DNA from: Hydrolagus affinis
Lineage: Eukaryota
Reading direction: 5' to 3'
Assembly (NCBI GenBank): GCA_012026655.1
Contig: JAAILG010001229.1
Location: 1-64,000, forward strand
DNA: 64,000 bases
Each line of letters begins with the position of its first letter. Position 1 is the first letter of the stretch. The notes under the pieces were generated by a model. That model ran no database searches, was not told the origin of the DNA, and worked only from the letters and a program-made list of their open reading frames with translations. Positions 20,084 to 32,000 of the stretch are shown in pieces. Both the position numbers and the translations under genes were made by a program.

Positions 20084-23000
20084 CTGAAAGGAACGTACTC
20101 TGTTAGTTTTGGAAATCCACTGTGTACTTGTGTAGATTCCCTGCTTGACAAATGTCTTGCTTTACGTGCTATACTTGCACGAAACAGGAATCACTATGGT
20201 CTGGGTCAGCCTGATGGTGGATCGGGCTTTCATTTCTCACCTCTGTCCTCACCTGCGGCTGCTCGTAGCTGACGGGACTCAGTGACGCCTCCTCTTCTGA
20301 GCGGGGATCGAAATATTCCATGCAGCGGAGACTAAACAGGAGAAAGGAGGTCAGTCACCGTGCGGATCGACAAACAATTGCCGCTGTGGTACAGGCCATT
20401 TATTTAGCCAGATTCTCACACTAATCGTTTGCTAGAATTGAAAGGCTTCACTGCTCTGGGTCAATGTGTTAACACAAAAAGACCACATTTTCAAGGCGTT
20501 CATTGAGCCGTGGTCTCACTCACTCACTGAGCAACCGGTGCCCGAGGCCCAGCCAGGTTAGTTAATTAATAACTCACCCGGAGGCTACAATCTGCAGAAG
20601 TGAAAGGACAACAGCGTTCTGTTATTGTTTCAATGATGCAAGTTTACAGGATGGTCGAACATTTAAACAAATAAAGCAGCTTTGAAATTATGCATTTACC
20701 AATGACCCTGAATATGGTAAGGCAGCCTGTACACAGGACAGGGCTACAGGTGAAGCCTAGGGGCTTGACAGTGAAGGACTGTGAAAAAACGCTCAGCGCA
20801 TCGCCGAAGAACACGACAGTCAGGCTGTGTACACCCACCCTGCTCGCTCTGTCATTAGCTGTGACCTGGGTCTGGGAGTCAGCGGAGGTGCTGCCCACAA
20901 GCTCGTCCAGGGCATCCAAGCGTTTCCTCAGGCTGCTCAGGCTGCCCTCTGTCTGCTGCCTCCCCTTACACAGCGCCTCCGCTTGCTTGGACATGCTCTG
21001 CCGGATCTGAGCCTAAAACGAGTGAAATAGACCATTAAGAGTCAAGCGCCGCTTGGGAAAGGGTTTCTCGCATTGGAGGTAAAAGCCAGCGCTTCTAAAC
21101 AGGATCGTTTTCATAAAGGACCACCTTGCAATTGATGGCCTTCCTAAGAATCCTATCTGAAGTCACAGTGAGGCTGTGTCTATTGCAACTGTTTTACTTC
21201 CTTATAATAACAACAATAACTACAAATTACATTTTCACAGCGAGTTTCATGTCCCAAGCTGCTGGACAGTCAAAGATTTATTTGCACCTGAGCTGGAGGT
21301 CGGGAATCAGGAGGGGTGGAAGGCAGGGAGGTGGGGACAGGGGAGTGACCAAAGGCTCAGTCGCAAAGGAATATGTTGTTTTATTATACTATAATATATA
21401 TGCTCCTATAGTTGTACAGGTTAAAGGGCTGGCATCAGATTCATGTTAAAATCTGCTCTTCAATTGCAGCTTATTGTCTTTCTGTTTCTGTGATCAGACG
21501 CGAATGACAAGAGGTCAACAAACACAGGCAGGTTAGGCTGTTTACCCACGGAAGCAACTTGTTTTAAATTCATGGTGATTGACAAATGAATTAGACTTGA
21601 CCAGCCTGCAAACCTAATGATTGGTGCTGGGACTGACTGACTCCCTTTCTGTGTTTGGGGTAATATCACACGGATGAACCATCTTCAAAGTACATTTTAG
21701 TTTCCAATAGTTTGACAATGAAACCCTTGCCTGTGACCAGAGCAAACCCCAGCCCCACGTGGCTCACCTTCAGGTGATCCTCCTGCTGCAGCAGCCTCTC
21801 CCTGCGCGTCTCCCCTCGCCACTGCTCATCCTGGACCAGAAAGAGGAACCGTCAGCCCAAAGCAAACACATGTACTCTCCCATCGTTTGCCCACAAAATA
21901 TACAGTCAATCCACTTTACAGAACATTCTGTGAAGCGCTTTTGAGATGTCTCAAAGACGTGATAAGGCGCTATGTCAAATACAAGGATTATTATTACCAT
22001 TATCAGATAGAGACTTGCAAGTCAGGGCTTAGCACCCTTGTTCTCGGCAGTACATCAGTCATCATGACTGAAGACCTTCCCCTTCGACCTCCTCATCACC
22101 CCCCATCTCGCCCAATCTTAAGCTTGAAGGAAGGTTTGCAACACAAATGCAAGTTGTTGAGGTAGTAACGGAGCGGGGACCTGACCTTGATGTTGAACTT
22201 GCTGAGGCTCAGCCTCTCCTCGTAGGTCGGGAGTCGACCTTCGTTGGCAGCGAAGGGGAAATTCTCCTTCAGGCTCTCCACGTCGCACTCCAGCGCTGCC
22301 TTCTCCTTGCTGACAGCCTCGGCATCGCTCCCGAGCTCCCCGCAGGAGTGGTCCAGCTCCCGCAGCCCGCTGCTCATCTCTGCTTTGACATCTGAACGAA
22401 GGCCTCTTATGGCCTCCTTTATCTCCCTCTGTCGGTGCTCCATTTCCTGATGACTCGCCAGCTGGAAGGATTGAAAATACACTATTAGGCTAACAGCAAC
22501 AACAACAAATGACATTTACGCAGCGCCTTTCACATCAGGAGGGGTTGGACAGTCAGGGATTCCCACCCGAGCTGGTGGCTGGGAATCAGGAGGGGTGGAG
22601 GGTGTGAGCATAACAAGTACAGTACTGTACTCACACCAGAACAGCCCGTGAGAGGTAAAGCACTGACAGATATTTTACAATTCAATTATTACTGGTGCTG
22701 CAAACTATTTTTCAGCCGATGAAACTTACAGAGCTCTAGAAATACATTACATATATTTTTTTTTTAAATGACAAATTACTTTCAGCTGCAGCGAGGCAGC
22801 AGCATAAGAGGCATACACAATGTCACAAATTCAGTAACACCTGAAGGCCTCTAATAAGTTTTTTTCCTTGGGACATTCACAAATACATGCAAAATAAATC
22901 CACTTTACACGATATATTAGTGAGTGTAAATCTGCCCAAGCCTTGCTCAGCCCTGAGGAGCCATAGACCTGGTTCTGTAGCTTCATGTATTCGGCTCCCG

Positions 23001-26000
23001 TCTGGTTCAGCTCCTTGATGGCCCACTTTGACCGCTCGCGGTTCTCGCGTGCAGCCTGGTCGATCGCAGACATGTCTTTTCGGAGGCAGCTGTTTTTATA
23101 TTTCTGTTCCTGTGGTGATATAAAGCCAGAGGTTTACCACCTGCCCCAGGTGGGAGGGGCGCTAACTCATGGCATTTCTTAATAAGTTTCTTAAAATTCA
23201 AATACGCAATCATTGACTGTTTGTAGGGCACCGCTGTGTTTCGCCCACAAACATAATTCACATCAGAGTGTATTGACAACAACAACAAAATTACACTTAT
23301 AGAGCGCTTTTCACGTCGGGAGGACGTCCCAAGGCGCTGAACAGTTAGGATGGGACCCGAGCAAGGGAGAGGGGAAGGATAGGGCGGGGCGGTCTATAGC
23401 GCTTCACACAATATACTGTAAAGTGAAATTGACTGTATATTTGTAGGTGAAATGTGGCAGCCAATTGCACACAGCAGCGTCCCCACAAACAGTACATCTT
23501 GCACTGTGTATATGTTACGTGTTGTTGTTGTTGTAGAGCTTACATTCAAGGCTCTCTCTAGCTGTGTTCTCTGAGCTTTCAGCTCCTGCTTCAGCACTGA
23601 CACTCGCTTCTCAGCCGCTCTCCTTTCGGAGTGAAGCTGTCCCTCGAGCTGACTCATGCTGTCTGTGGTCATCTCCATCTCTCTGTAAAGACGGGCCAAC
23701 TCCTCACTCTTCTCCTCCAGCTGCTGCTCTTGTTCCTGGAGCTCCTGCCCTGTTATCAGTCCAGAGGCCCAGGGTAAATAATAACATATAATAATCCTGG
23801 CATGCAGCACCTTATCATGTCATTGAGATGTCTCGAAGTGCTTCACAGATACAGGACTCCGCAGTGTAATAATCCTTGCATTTGATATAGCGCTTTTCGC
23901 ATCTTATCGACGTCTCAAAGCACTTCACAGAATATACTGTAAAGTGAATTGACTGTATATTTGTGGGCGAAACGCGGCAGCCAATTGTGCACAGCAGCGT
24001 CCCCCACAAACATTCTTGGATTGAAAATGACCAATTTTATTATTATGTTTTTTTTGAAGGATTATTATTATTATGTATGTGTGTGTGTGTGGAGTAAGGA
24101 AATTTCCCCAAGGTTTCGCCCTGACCTGCCTGGATTCGAACACAGGTCTCATGCTTGTAAGGCAAGTGCTCTAACCACTGAACTACAGGAGCTCCTAAGA
24201 GAGCACAGGAAGCCATTTGCTCATCCTGTTGAGCCTCGGACTGGTGTGACTTACTGCAGGCGGCAAGCTGGTCCTCCACGGCCTCCTGCTGCTCCTGGTT
24301 CTGACGCAGTTTGCGCCCCCGTTCCTCCAGCGCGCTGACCTTCCCAGCGACCTCCTCCATCTCGTCCCTCCTGCCCGAGAGCTCGGCCTCCAGCGCCAGC
24401 AGCTGGCCCTTTGCTTTAGCCACCGACTGTTCCAGCTTCGATTCCTCGCATTTAACGTCCTTTTTCACCTGCAGCAAGACCTGAGGAGAGTCACGGAAAA
24501 CCCTGTAAGAGTCCTGTTGTGTATTGGTTAGTGAGCTCGCCTCGCAAGTGAGAGGATCCAGGTTTGATTCCCGGGTGGGACAAAATCTCAGGCAAGTTTC
24601 CTTACTCCACACTGCTAAAATAATATGCAAATAATAAGTAGTAATGGGGACATTAGCGTTGGGGATTGAAGTGCACTAGGATGCTACCCCATGTGAAAGG
24701 CGCTATATAAATTCTAATTATTGTTGCTGTTGAATGGTGATGTGCAGTGACATTGTGAGGTGTCTTACCTGTTGCTGCTCCTCTATGTGCTGCAGTAGCC
24801 TTGCCATCTCCTCCTCCCTCCTCGCCCCGCGCTCCACGCATGCCTGGTACTTCCTTTTGTTGCGGTTTAGATCCTCCTGCAGTGTGAGCTGCTCTGACAG
24901 CAGCGCATCGCGCTTCTCGGCAACATCGACAATCTCCTGGTAGTGAATGAATGACACAGAGTTACCCCTCACACACCGCAATTAGTGCCGACTGCGCTGG
25001 AATTACACTCTGCATTGGGATCTGACACTTCATCCAATACTTGCTGTCTTTCCTTGCATCTCTGACTCAAATAAAACAACAAATCATATTTATGCATCAC
25101 CTTTCATGTTGGGAGGACATGCGAAGGGGCAGGAGAGTAAAGGATTTGCAACTGAGCAGGGGTTTGGAATCAGGAGGGGTGGAGGCAGGGAGGGTAGGAG
25201 GGTGACTGAAGACACGATCGAAGAGGAGGGTCTTGAGTTGGGCCTTGAAGGAGGCAGGGGAAGGGGGACAGGCAGAGGGACTATGGGATGGAAACAAAGT
25301 GTGTGTTTACCTGGAACACATTCTACACAGTTAACAGTTACTGTTTTCTATACCCTCAAGTTAAATCAATGCATGTTTAATCTCTTACCACTTCCCCAAC
25401 GACCTGCCTTTGTTCCAAGCTCAGAACAGCTTTGTAAACTGTGAAACACTTTCACTTCCCCACGAGATCCAGTGCTGAGATCCCCAGAGCAACATTAATC
25501 CCTGAATTTGCATTTGGTTATCACCATTGCTCAGATTTAACAAGGCAAGTTTCTCTATAACTCTGTCAGTCAGGATTTGAACCCTGCTGCGGCTAATAAT
25601 AATAATAATAATAACAATCTTGCATTTGATATTGCGTCATCACGTCTTCGGGATGTCTCAAAGCACTTCACACAATACACTGTACTGTGAATTGACTTTT
25701 CACCTATCGCCTACAACAAAACCCCTGACAATATTTTGTAGGCGATAGGTGAAAAGTCAATTCACAGTACAGTATTTTGTAGGCGATGGGTGAAAGGACA
25801 GCATGTGACACACAACAAATTACATATGCATAGCTCCTTCCACGTCGGGAGGACGTCACAACAGTTTAGAATAAAGTGATACCAATCTGTGTTATGCAGG
25901 CAGTTCATAGTCCTGAAGTACAGAGCAGTAACCAGGGAAGTAACCAAGTAACTACAGTACAACAATAATAGCTTGGAGTGTAACCAAGCACAAGCCCATA

Positions 26001-29000
26001 AAATAAACAGTTACTCTGTGATGATGTGCCTTGAGACGTCTCAACGACCTGATATGGTGCTATATCAAATGCAAGGATTATTATTATATTCTAGAAAGTA
26101 AAGCAAGTTTGAGATGGAAAGACACGTTACCTGGTTCACTTGTTGCAGCTGATCCTTGGAATCTCCCAGATCATCTGTCACCATCTTCAGCGCTGCCTTG
26201 TCCTCTACCCAATCAAACATGATGGTAAATGAAAAAATCTTTCTCCTTTCATGTCTCTCTCTCTCTCTGAGAAAAATAACTAAATCCACAGAAGATCACA
26301 ACATTCCACCCTCCAAACCCCTGACATAATGCTTTTTTTTTAAAAAAGTTAGTAATTGTTTCTTTAGCAAAATTCATAAACATTCAGTGTCTAGTGACAG
26401 AACCACAATGTTGTTGGATCAATTCAAATTGTCAGGACTAGAGATAGATGTTTGTTAGGTAAAGGATATAATATAATAATACTATTAATATCAAGGGAAA
26501 TGGAGCAAAGGTGGATAAATGGAGTTGAGGTACAGATCAGCCTTGATCTAATAATAACAGTAATCCTCACATTTGATATAGCACCTCATCACGTCGTTGA
26601 GACGTCTCAAAGCGCTTTACAGAATATACTGTAAAGTGAATTGACTGTATATATTTGTGGGTGTAACGCAGCAGCCATAATAATAATCCTTGCATTTGAT
26701 ACAGCGCTTTTCACATTTTATCGATGTCCCAAAGCGCTTCACAGAATATACTGTAAAGTGAATTGACTGTATATTTTGTGGGCAGCCAATTGATGAGGAG
26801 AATTGTCCGCAAACAGTCATGGATTGAGAGAACAAATTATTATTTATTATTTAAAATATTATATTTTATTATTTAAAAAATATTTTTGAAGGGATTAATA
26901 AATAGAATGGCATGACAGGTCTGAAAGGCACTACTCCTGTACTTATGAGCTAAGCGTAACTGACTGCGATCCCTTGTGTGTTTACCCTCCTACCTTGCAG
27001 ACGCTGTCTCAAGGCCGCTGTCTCTGTGGTCAGTTCCAGCTTGTGCACGTTGGCCTGACTGATGTCGTCCTGTAGTTTCTGCAGCTCAGACGAGGCACTT
27101 CTGTGACTGTCTTCAACACTCGCCACCGCTCTGCAATCATCATTAGCACACGCGATCACAACAAACAACAACAACTCCCGACCTAACAAGCCGCCACAAG
27201 CTATTTCAGGTCTTTGAAACCCGAAACTTGAAATCTTTCCGTAAAAATACCGGAGCTAGAAAGCGGTGGGTTACAGGCGAGGTTTGCATTTGTTTCAAAT
27301 CAGTCTTAAGTTTTGACATTTGCACACTGGACGGAAAGAATCTCTTTACAACAACAGCTTACATTTATATGAGGCCCTTCTCGAGGAGTGTTTTAATTCT
27401 TGACACGAGTGGCCTAGATAACCCCCTCCCTGTGAGCTTTGCATCGATTTTCTTTATTCCAACAATCTACCGAATTCCCCTTTTAAGAAGGTTTGACAAC
27501 TCTCAGCCCAGAAACCTTTCCACAGCCTTGGGACATCCTCCAGATGTGAAAGGCACTATCCCAAAGGTAATTTCTTATTGTTGTTGTTGGCGTTGCTAGA
27601 TGTAGAATTAGTCCACAAAATATACGATCGATTCACTTTAGTGTCTCGACAACGTGATAAGGCGCAACTATCAACTTCAAGGATTATTATTATTATAGCC
27701 ACTTACATCTTGCTCTGAGAGAGTCTGTCATCCAGCACCTGACAGCTCTCCCCAACACGTTTCTTCTCCTTCCGCAGGCATTCAATACTGTCCCGAAGGG
27801 AACGCAGCTCAGATGCCAGCTGCTCGCTCTCGTGCTGATCTCTCTCCGTCGCTTGTTTCTGCCGTTCGGCTTCTGCGCGGTGACGCTGGGAGGCGAACTG
27901 CATGTTTTCCAATTTCCCCGTCTCCTGTAAGGTAGACGGGTGTTCACTGAGCATTCATTGCTAAACTGCCACAGAACCAGGACACAAAAGCCATACACTC
28001 TTGTTTCAAGGAAAAGGAGGTGTCACAAGTACTTAATGTATGTCACAGAAACTGGCCACTCAGCCCAACTCTGCACTGGGCGTTTTCTCCACATGAGCCA
28101 CTTGAATCTAACCCCACGATCCTGCTCCTCCCTGCGCTCCTCACAACAACAACCGCAAATTATATTTAAGAGTATGTCACATTAGATGGTCAAGGATTCA
28201 TACCCGAGCTGGGGGTTGGGATCAGAAGAGGGTGGAGGGCAAGGGTAGGAGGGTGAAAGGTGCAGGCATACAGGAGGGTCTTAAAGCGGGCCTTAAAAGA
28301 GGGGGTGAGACGGAGGGAGTTCCAGAAGGTGGGGGAGGAAAGGCTGAAGGCCTGGCTGCCAGTAGTGGGGTGGGCAGGGTGGGAGATATGGAGCAATCTG
28401 GAGGGCACCGAGCAGAGGAGCGGACAGATGTTTTTAGAGTTAGCAGATCGCAGAGGTAGGGTGGAGGTACATTCATTTCTTTCAAGGCAACTTCTCCTTT
28501 GCCATACATTTTACACTTGCTATGTTGTTCTCACATATTGTATGAGGTCCCAAACCTTAAAGCCTTAAACCCACAACCTTCAGTTGTTGCCTGCAGTGCC
28601 AGGCTGCCCACCACCATGAGCAGTGTTTTTGCTAACTGAACACTGAACACTAGCCTCGGACGGCCCACGCACCTTCAGCAGCTTGTCCTGAATCCTCTCA
28701 AGATCGTTCAGTTTGTGTTCGTGCTGCAGCTTCAGCCCCTGGAGTTCACTGGTTTCCAACTCCACCAACTCCAGCACATGTTTCAGCTCTGGGACAAAAG
28801 GCAGACGTCAAAATACATCAAAACACAGAGATGCAGACAACAGCTTGTTGTTGTGTAACTGACAGTTACACAACAAGAACCAATTAGGTATACAACAACA
28901 ACAACTTGCATTTATATAATGCCCTCCATGCCGGGCAGCGACTCAGTACGCTTCACAATGGGGAAGCCCAACTCCGAGCCAGGGGGAGGGGGAAGGTGAC

Positions 29001-32000
29001 CGTAAGCGCGGGTCAGTCGAAGAGAAAGGTCTTCAGGTGCGACCTGAAGTTGGGGAAAGGAGGCGAAGGGATTGAGGAAGGGAGTTCCAGAGTTTCGGGG
29101 TACAGTGGCTGAAAGCACATTTACACAGTGCCTCTCATGTCGGGAGAACGTGCCAAGGCACTGGACAGTCAGGGATCCACACCCGGTTGAGGACAGGAGG
29201 GGAGAAGGGCGGCAAGGACGGAGGTACGAGGGCAACCATAACTTGTGAAGCACTTTGAGACATCCTCCTGACGTTAACAACAACAAGATTACATTTATAG
29301 AGCGCCTTTCACATCGGGAGGAACTGCACTTTGTCAAATGTAAGGATGTTGATTTTTATTATTAATTATTATGAAAGAATTCCTTCCAATGTGTCCCAAG
29401 TTTCACACTGTTAATTATGTGTCTTTCCTATTTACCACCATCTCCGGGATTTTGGGTGGTCAGCTGGGTGCCTGACACGTGGAAATCACCATCACCATGA
29501 TTAAGAACATGCAAACCAAACTGAGAATTCCATGCATCCCAACTACACATGGAAATTCCAGAGATACAGATTGTTGGAATGGAATGCGTGTTTTCATAGC
29601 TCGATATTCGCAGGGAGAAACCAGCTCTGTCTAGATTGATATGAGCTGTGAGGCTCGAGTCATCTCAACGAAGGGATGGGATGCTATATTGACGGCAAGC
29701 ATTATTAATAATACCTCTCCCAAAAAATTGACCACTCAATCCACAAATATGTGAGATTCTGCTGTGAGCAATCGATTGCTGCGTTTCGCCCACAAAAAAG
29801 TTAATTCACAGCGTGAAGCGCTTTGAGAAAGGAGGAAACATTTCTTCACTCAGAGGGTAGTGAATTTGTGGAATTCATTACTCCAGAAGGCTGTAGATGC
29901 TCAGTCCTTGAACATTTTCAAGGCTGAGACTGATAGATTCTTGAAAAATAGAGGGATCAGGGGATATGGGGATAGGGTAGGTAATCAAAGTTAGGTGAGA
30001 AGATCAGCCATGATCTTATTGAATGGCGGAGCAGGCTCGAAGGGCCGGATGGCCTACTCCTGCTCCTAATTCTTATGTTCTTATGAGACGTCTCAAGTGA
30101 CATAATAGGTGCTGTATCAAATGCAAGAATTATTATAATAACAATCCTTGCATTTGCTATAGTGCATTTCACAACTTCTAGACGTATATTCACAGAAAAT
30201 ACTGTAAAGAGAATTGACTGTATATTTGTGGGCGAAACGCGGCAGCCAATTGCACACAGCAGCGTCCCCACAAACATTCGTGGATTGAAAATGACCAATT
30301 TATTATTGTGTTTTTTGGACAGAATTATTATTAGGTGTGTGGAGTAAGGAAACTTGCCCAGGGTTTCGCCCTGATCTGCCTGGATTCGAACACAGTTCTC
30401 ACACTTATAAGGCGTGAATTTCTCCTGGCATCCTGGCTAATAATTATGATGTTGGTTCTGCCGATCAGGGTAGATGTAACATTCGGCTCTGAATTATGTT
30501 GAGCTCAGTTAACAAACCACTCGAGACGACAACCACAGAAGTGATGCCCTTCGCTTCTAGTATATTATAGCAAAGAGTGTCTCCCGCAAGCCCGGGACAG
30601 ACACTAACCTGTCTTGTGCTTGTTTATCTGTGCAAGGATGATCCCAAGCTTGTCTTCTGCTTGTGTGATTTCCTGTTTTGAGAGTGAAAGATGTGCTTTT
30701 TTCTCACTGATCTGAGCATTCAGATTCCCCTTCTGTGCACTCAGCCCCTCCAGCAGGCTCTTCACCTCCTGAAAACAAACATTTTATTTCCCTTTAATCT
30801 GAAGCAAGTCATATCTCCGAACTCTTAGTCTCTTCTTTTCAATTTAATTATCATCATTACCAGCAGGTATCATTTTGCGAGTGCGAATTTACATAAAACT
30901 GCTCACACACTTTACGGTGTATCCTGTTAAGTGAAAGGCAGCTTCAAATGAAGAAATGAGGGATTGCTGGAATCTAACCAGCTAGAACCACAGTTTCCCA
31001 TTAATGTTTGGCCAGCTGTCCCTCCCCTTGTAAAGCTAGGACCACTAGGGCTTTGATTTGCAGGGTTAACAGGAGCTGAGTGGGAGGATTCCCTGGTGAT
31101 GAGCCAGGTAGCAGATACAACAATTCAAACAGCATCATCATTGTACAGCACAGAAGGCCATTTGGCCCATCACGTTTGTAGTGGCTCTTCGAAAAGAGCT
31201 TCCAACTAGTCCCACTCCCCAGCCCTGGAAACTTATCCTTTCCAAATGATTATCTCTAATTTGTTAGTTATTGATTAATATTGGGATGAAAATGACAAGA
31301 TTCCCAGATTTAACCTCCCTTGGGTTAGGGTTTGATTGTACCCAAACATATCGCTCAGTCCTTGTTTCCCCCACCCTACCCCACTGACCTGGATCTGCCA
31401 CTGTTTGTCAGCCACGTCGGCCTCGCCATCTCGCAGCATCTCTGTCAAGTTGGCTTTCCTCTTGTCAATGTCATCCTGCAGAAGGTGCAGCTCCTCTTGT
31501 TTCCTCCCCATACACCTGTCCAGCACTGCCAACGCCTCCTGCTGGGCTGACACCTAGTTCCGAAGGAACAGAATTGTGTCGAACACATCACGACCACTGC
31601 TCTGTGTGTATCAGTAAATTCACAGCTTCCGCTCAAGACACTGCGCTTTAACTTACACCCAGATGAGTGATGGTACAGGTTGTCTTATCCTTACTGCTGC
31701 CCTCCAACTCTCCTTGTCCCAATCCCCTGCTCGGGTCCAAATCCCTAACATTGTCTTGGGCCTTGGGACGGCTGATATGAAGTCTATTGATGGGGAGCGT
31801 TAGAGTTAGAGGGAGTACATTTCTTTCTAAACTCTCAAACTCCCAACATGAGCAGATTGGAGTGACACCAATTGCTTGGACACTTTGGTAAGCACACAGG
31901 CCTAGGAAAGGGCTTCCTGAACACTTGTAATCACCTGGTTATTCAGCCTCTCCAGTTCACTCTCTCTGCCCAGCAGCAACTCCTCCGTCTCTCTCAGACT

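Noticed and set aside
20644-20838. Read-through of CNTRL exon 41 to a stop at 20644 as the true C-terminus
   Set aside because: The extension looks intronic, and well-formed downstream exons exist. It cannot be excluded as a minor isoform.
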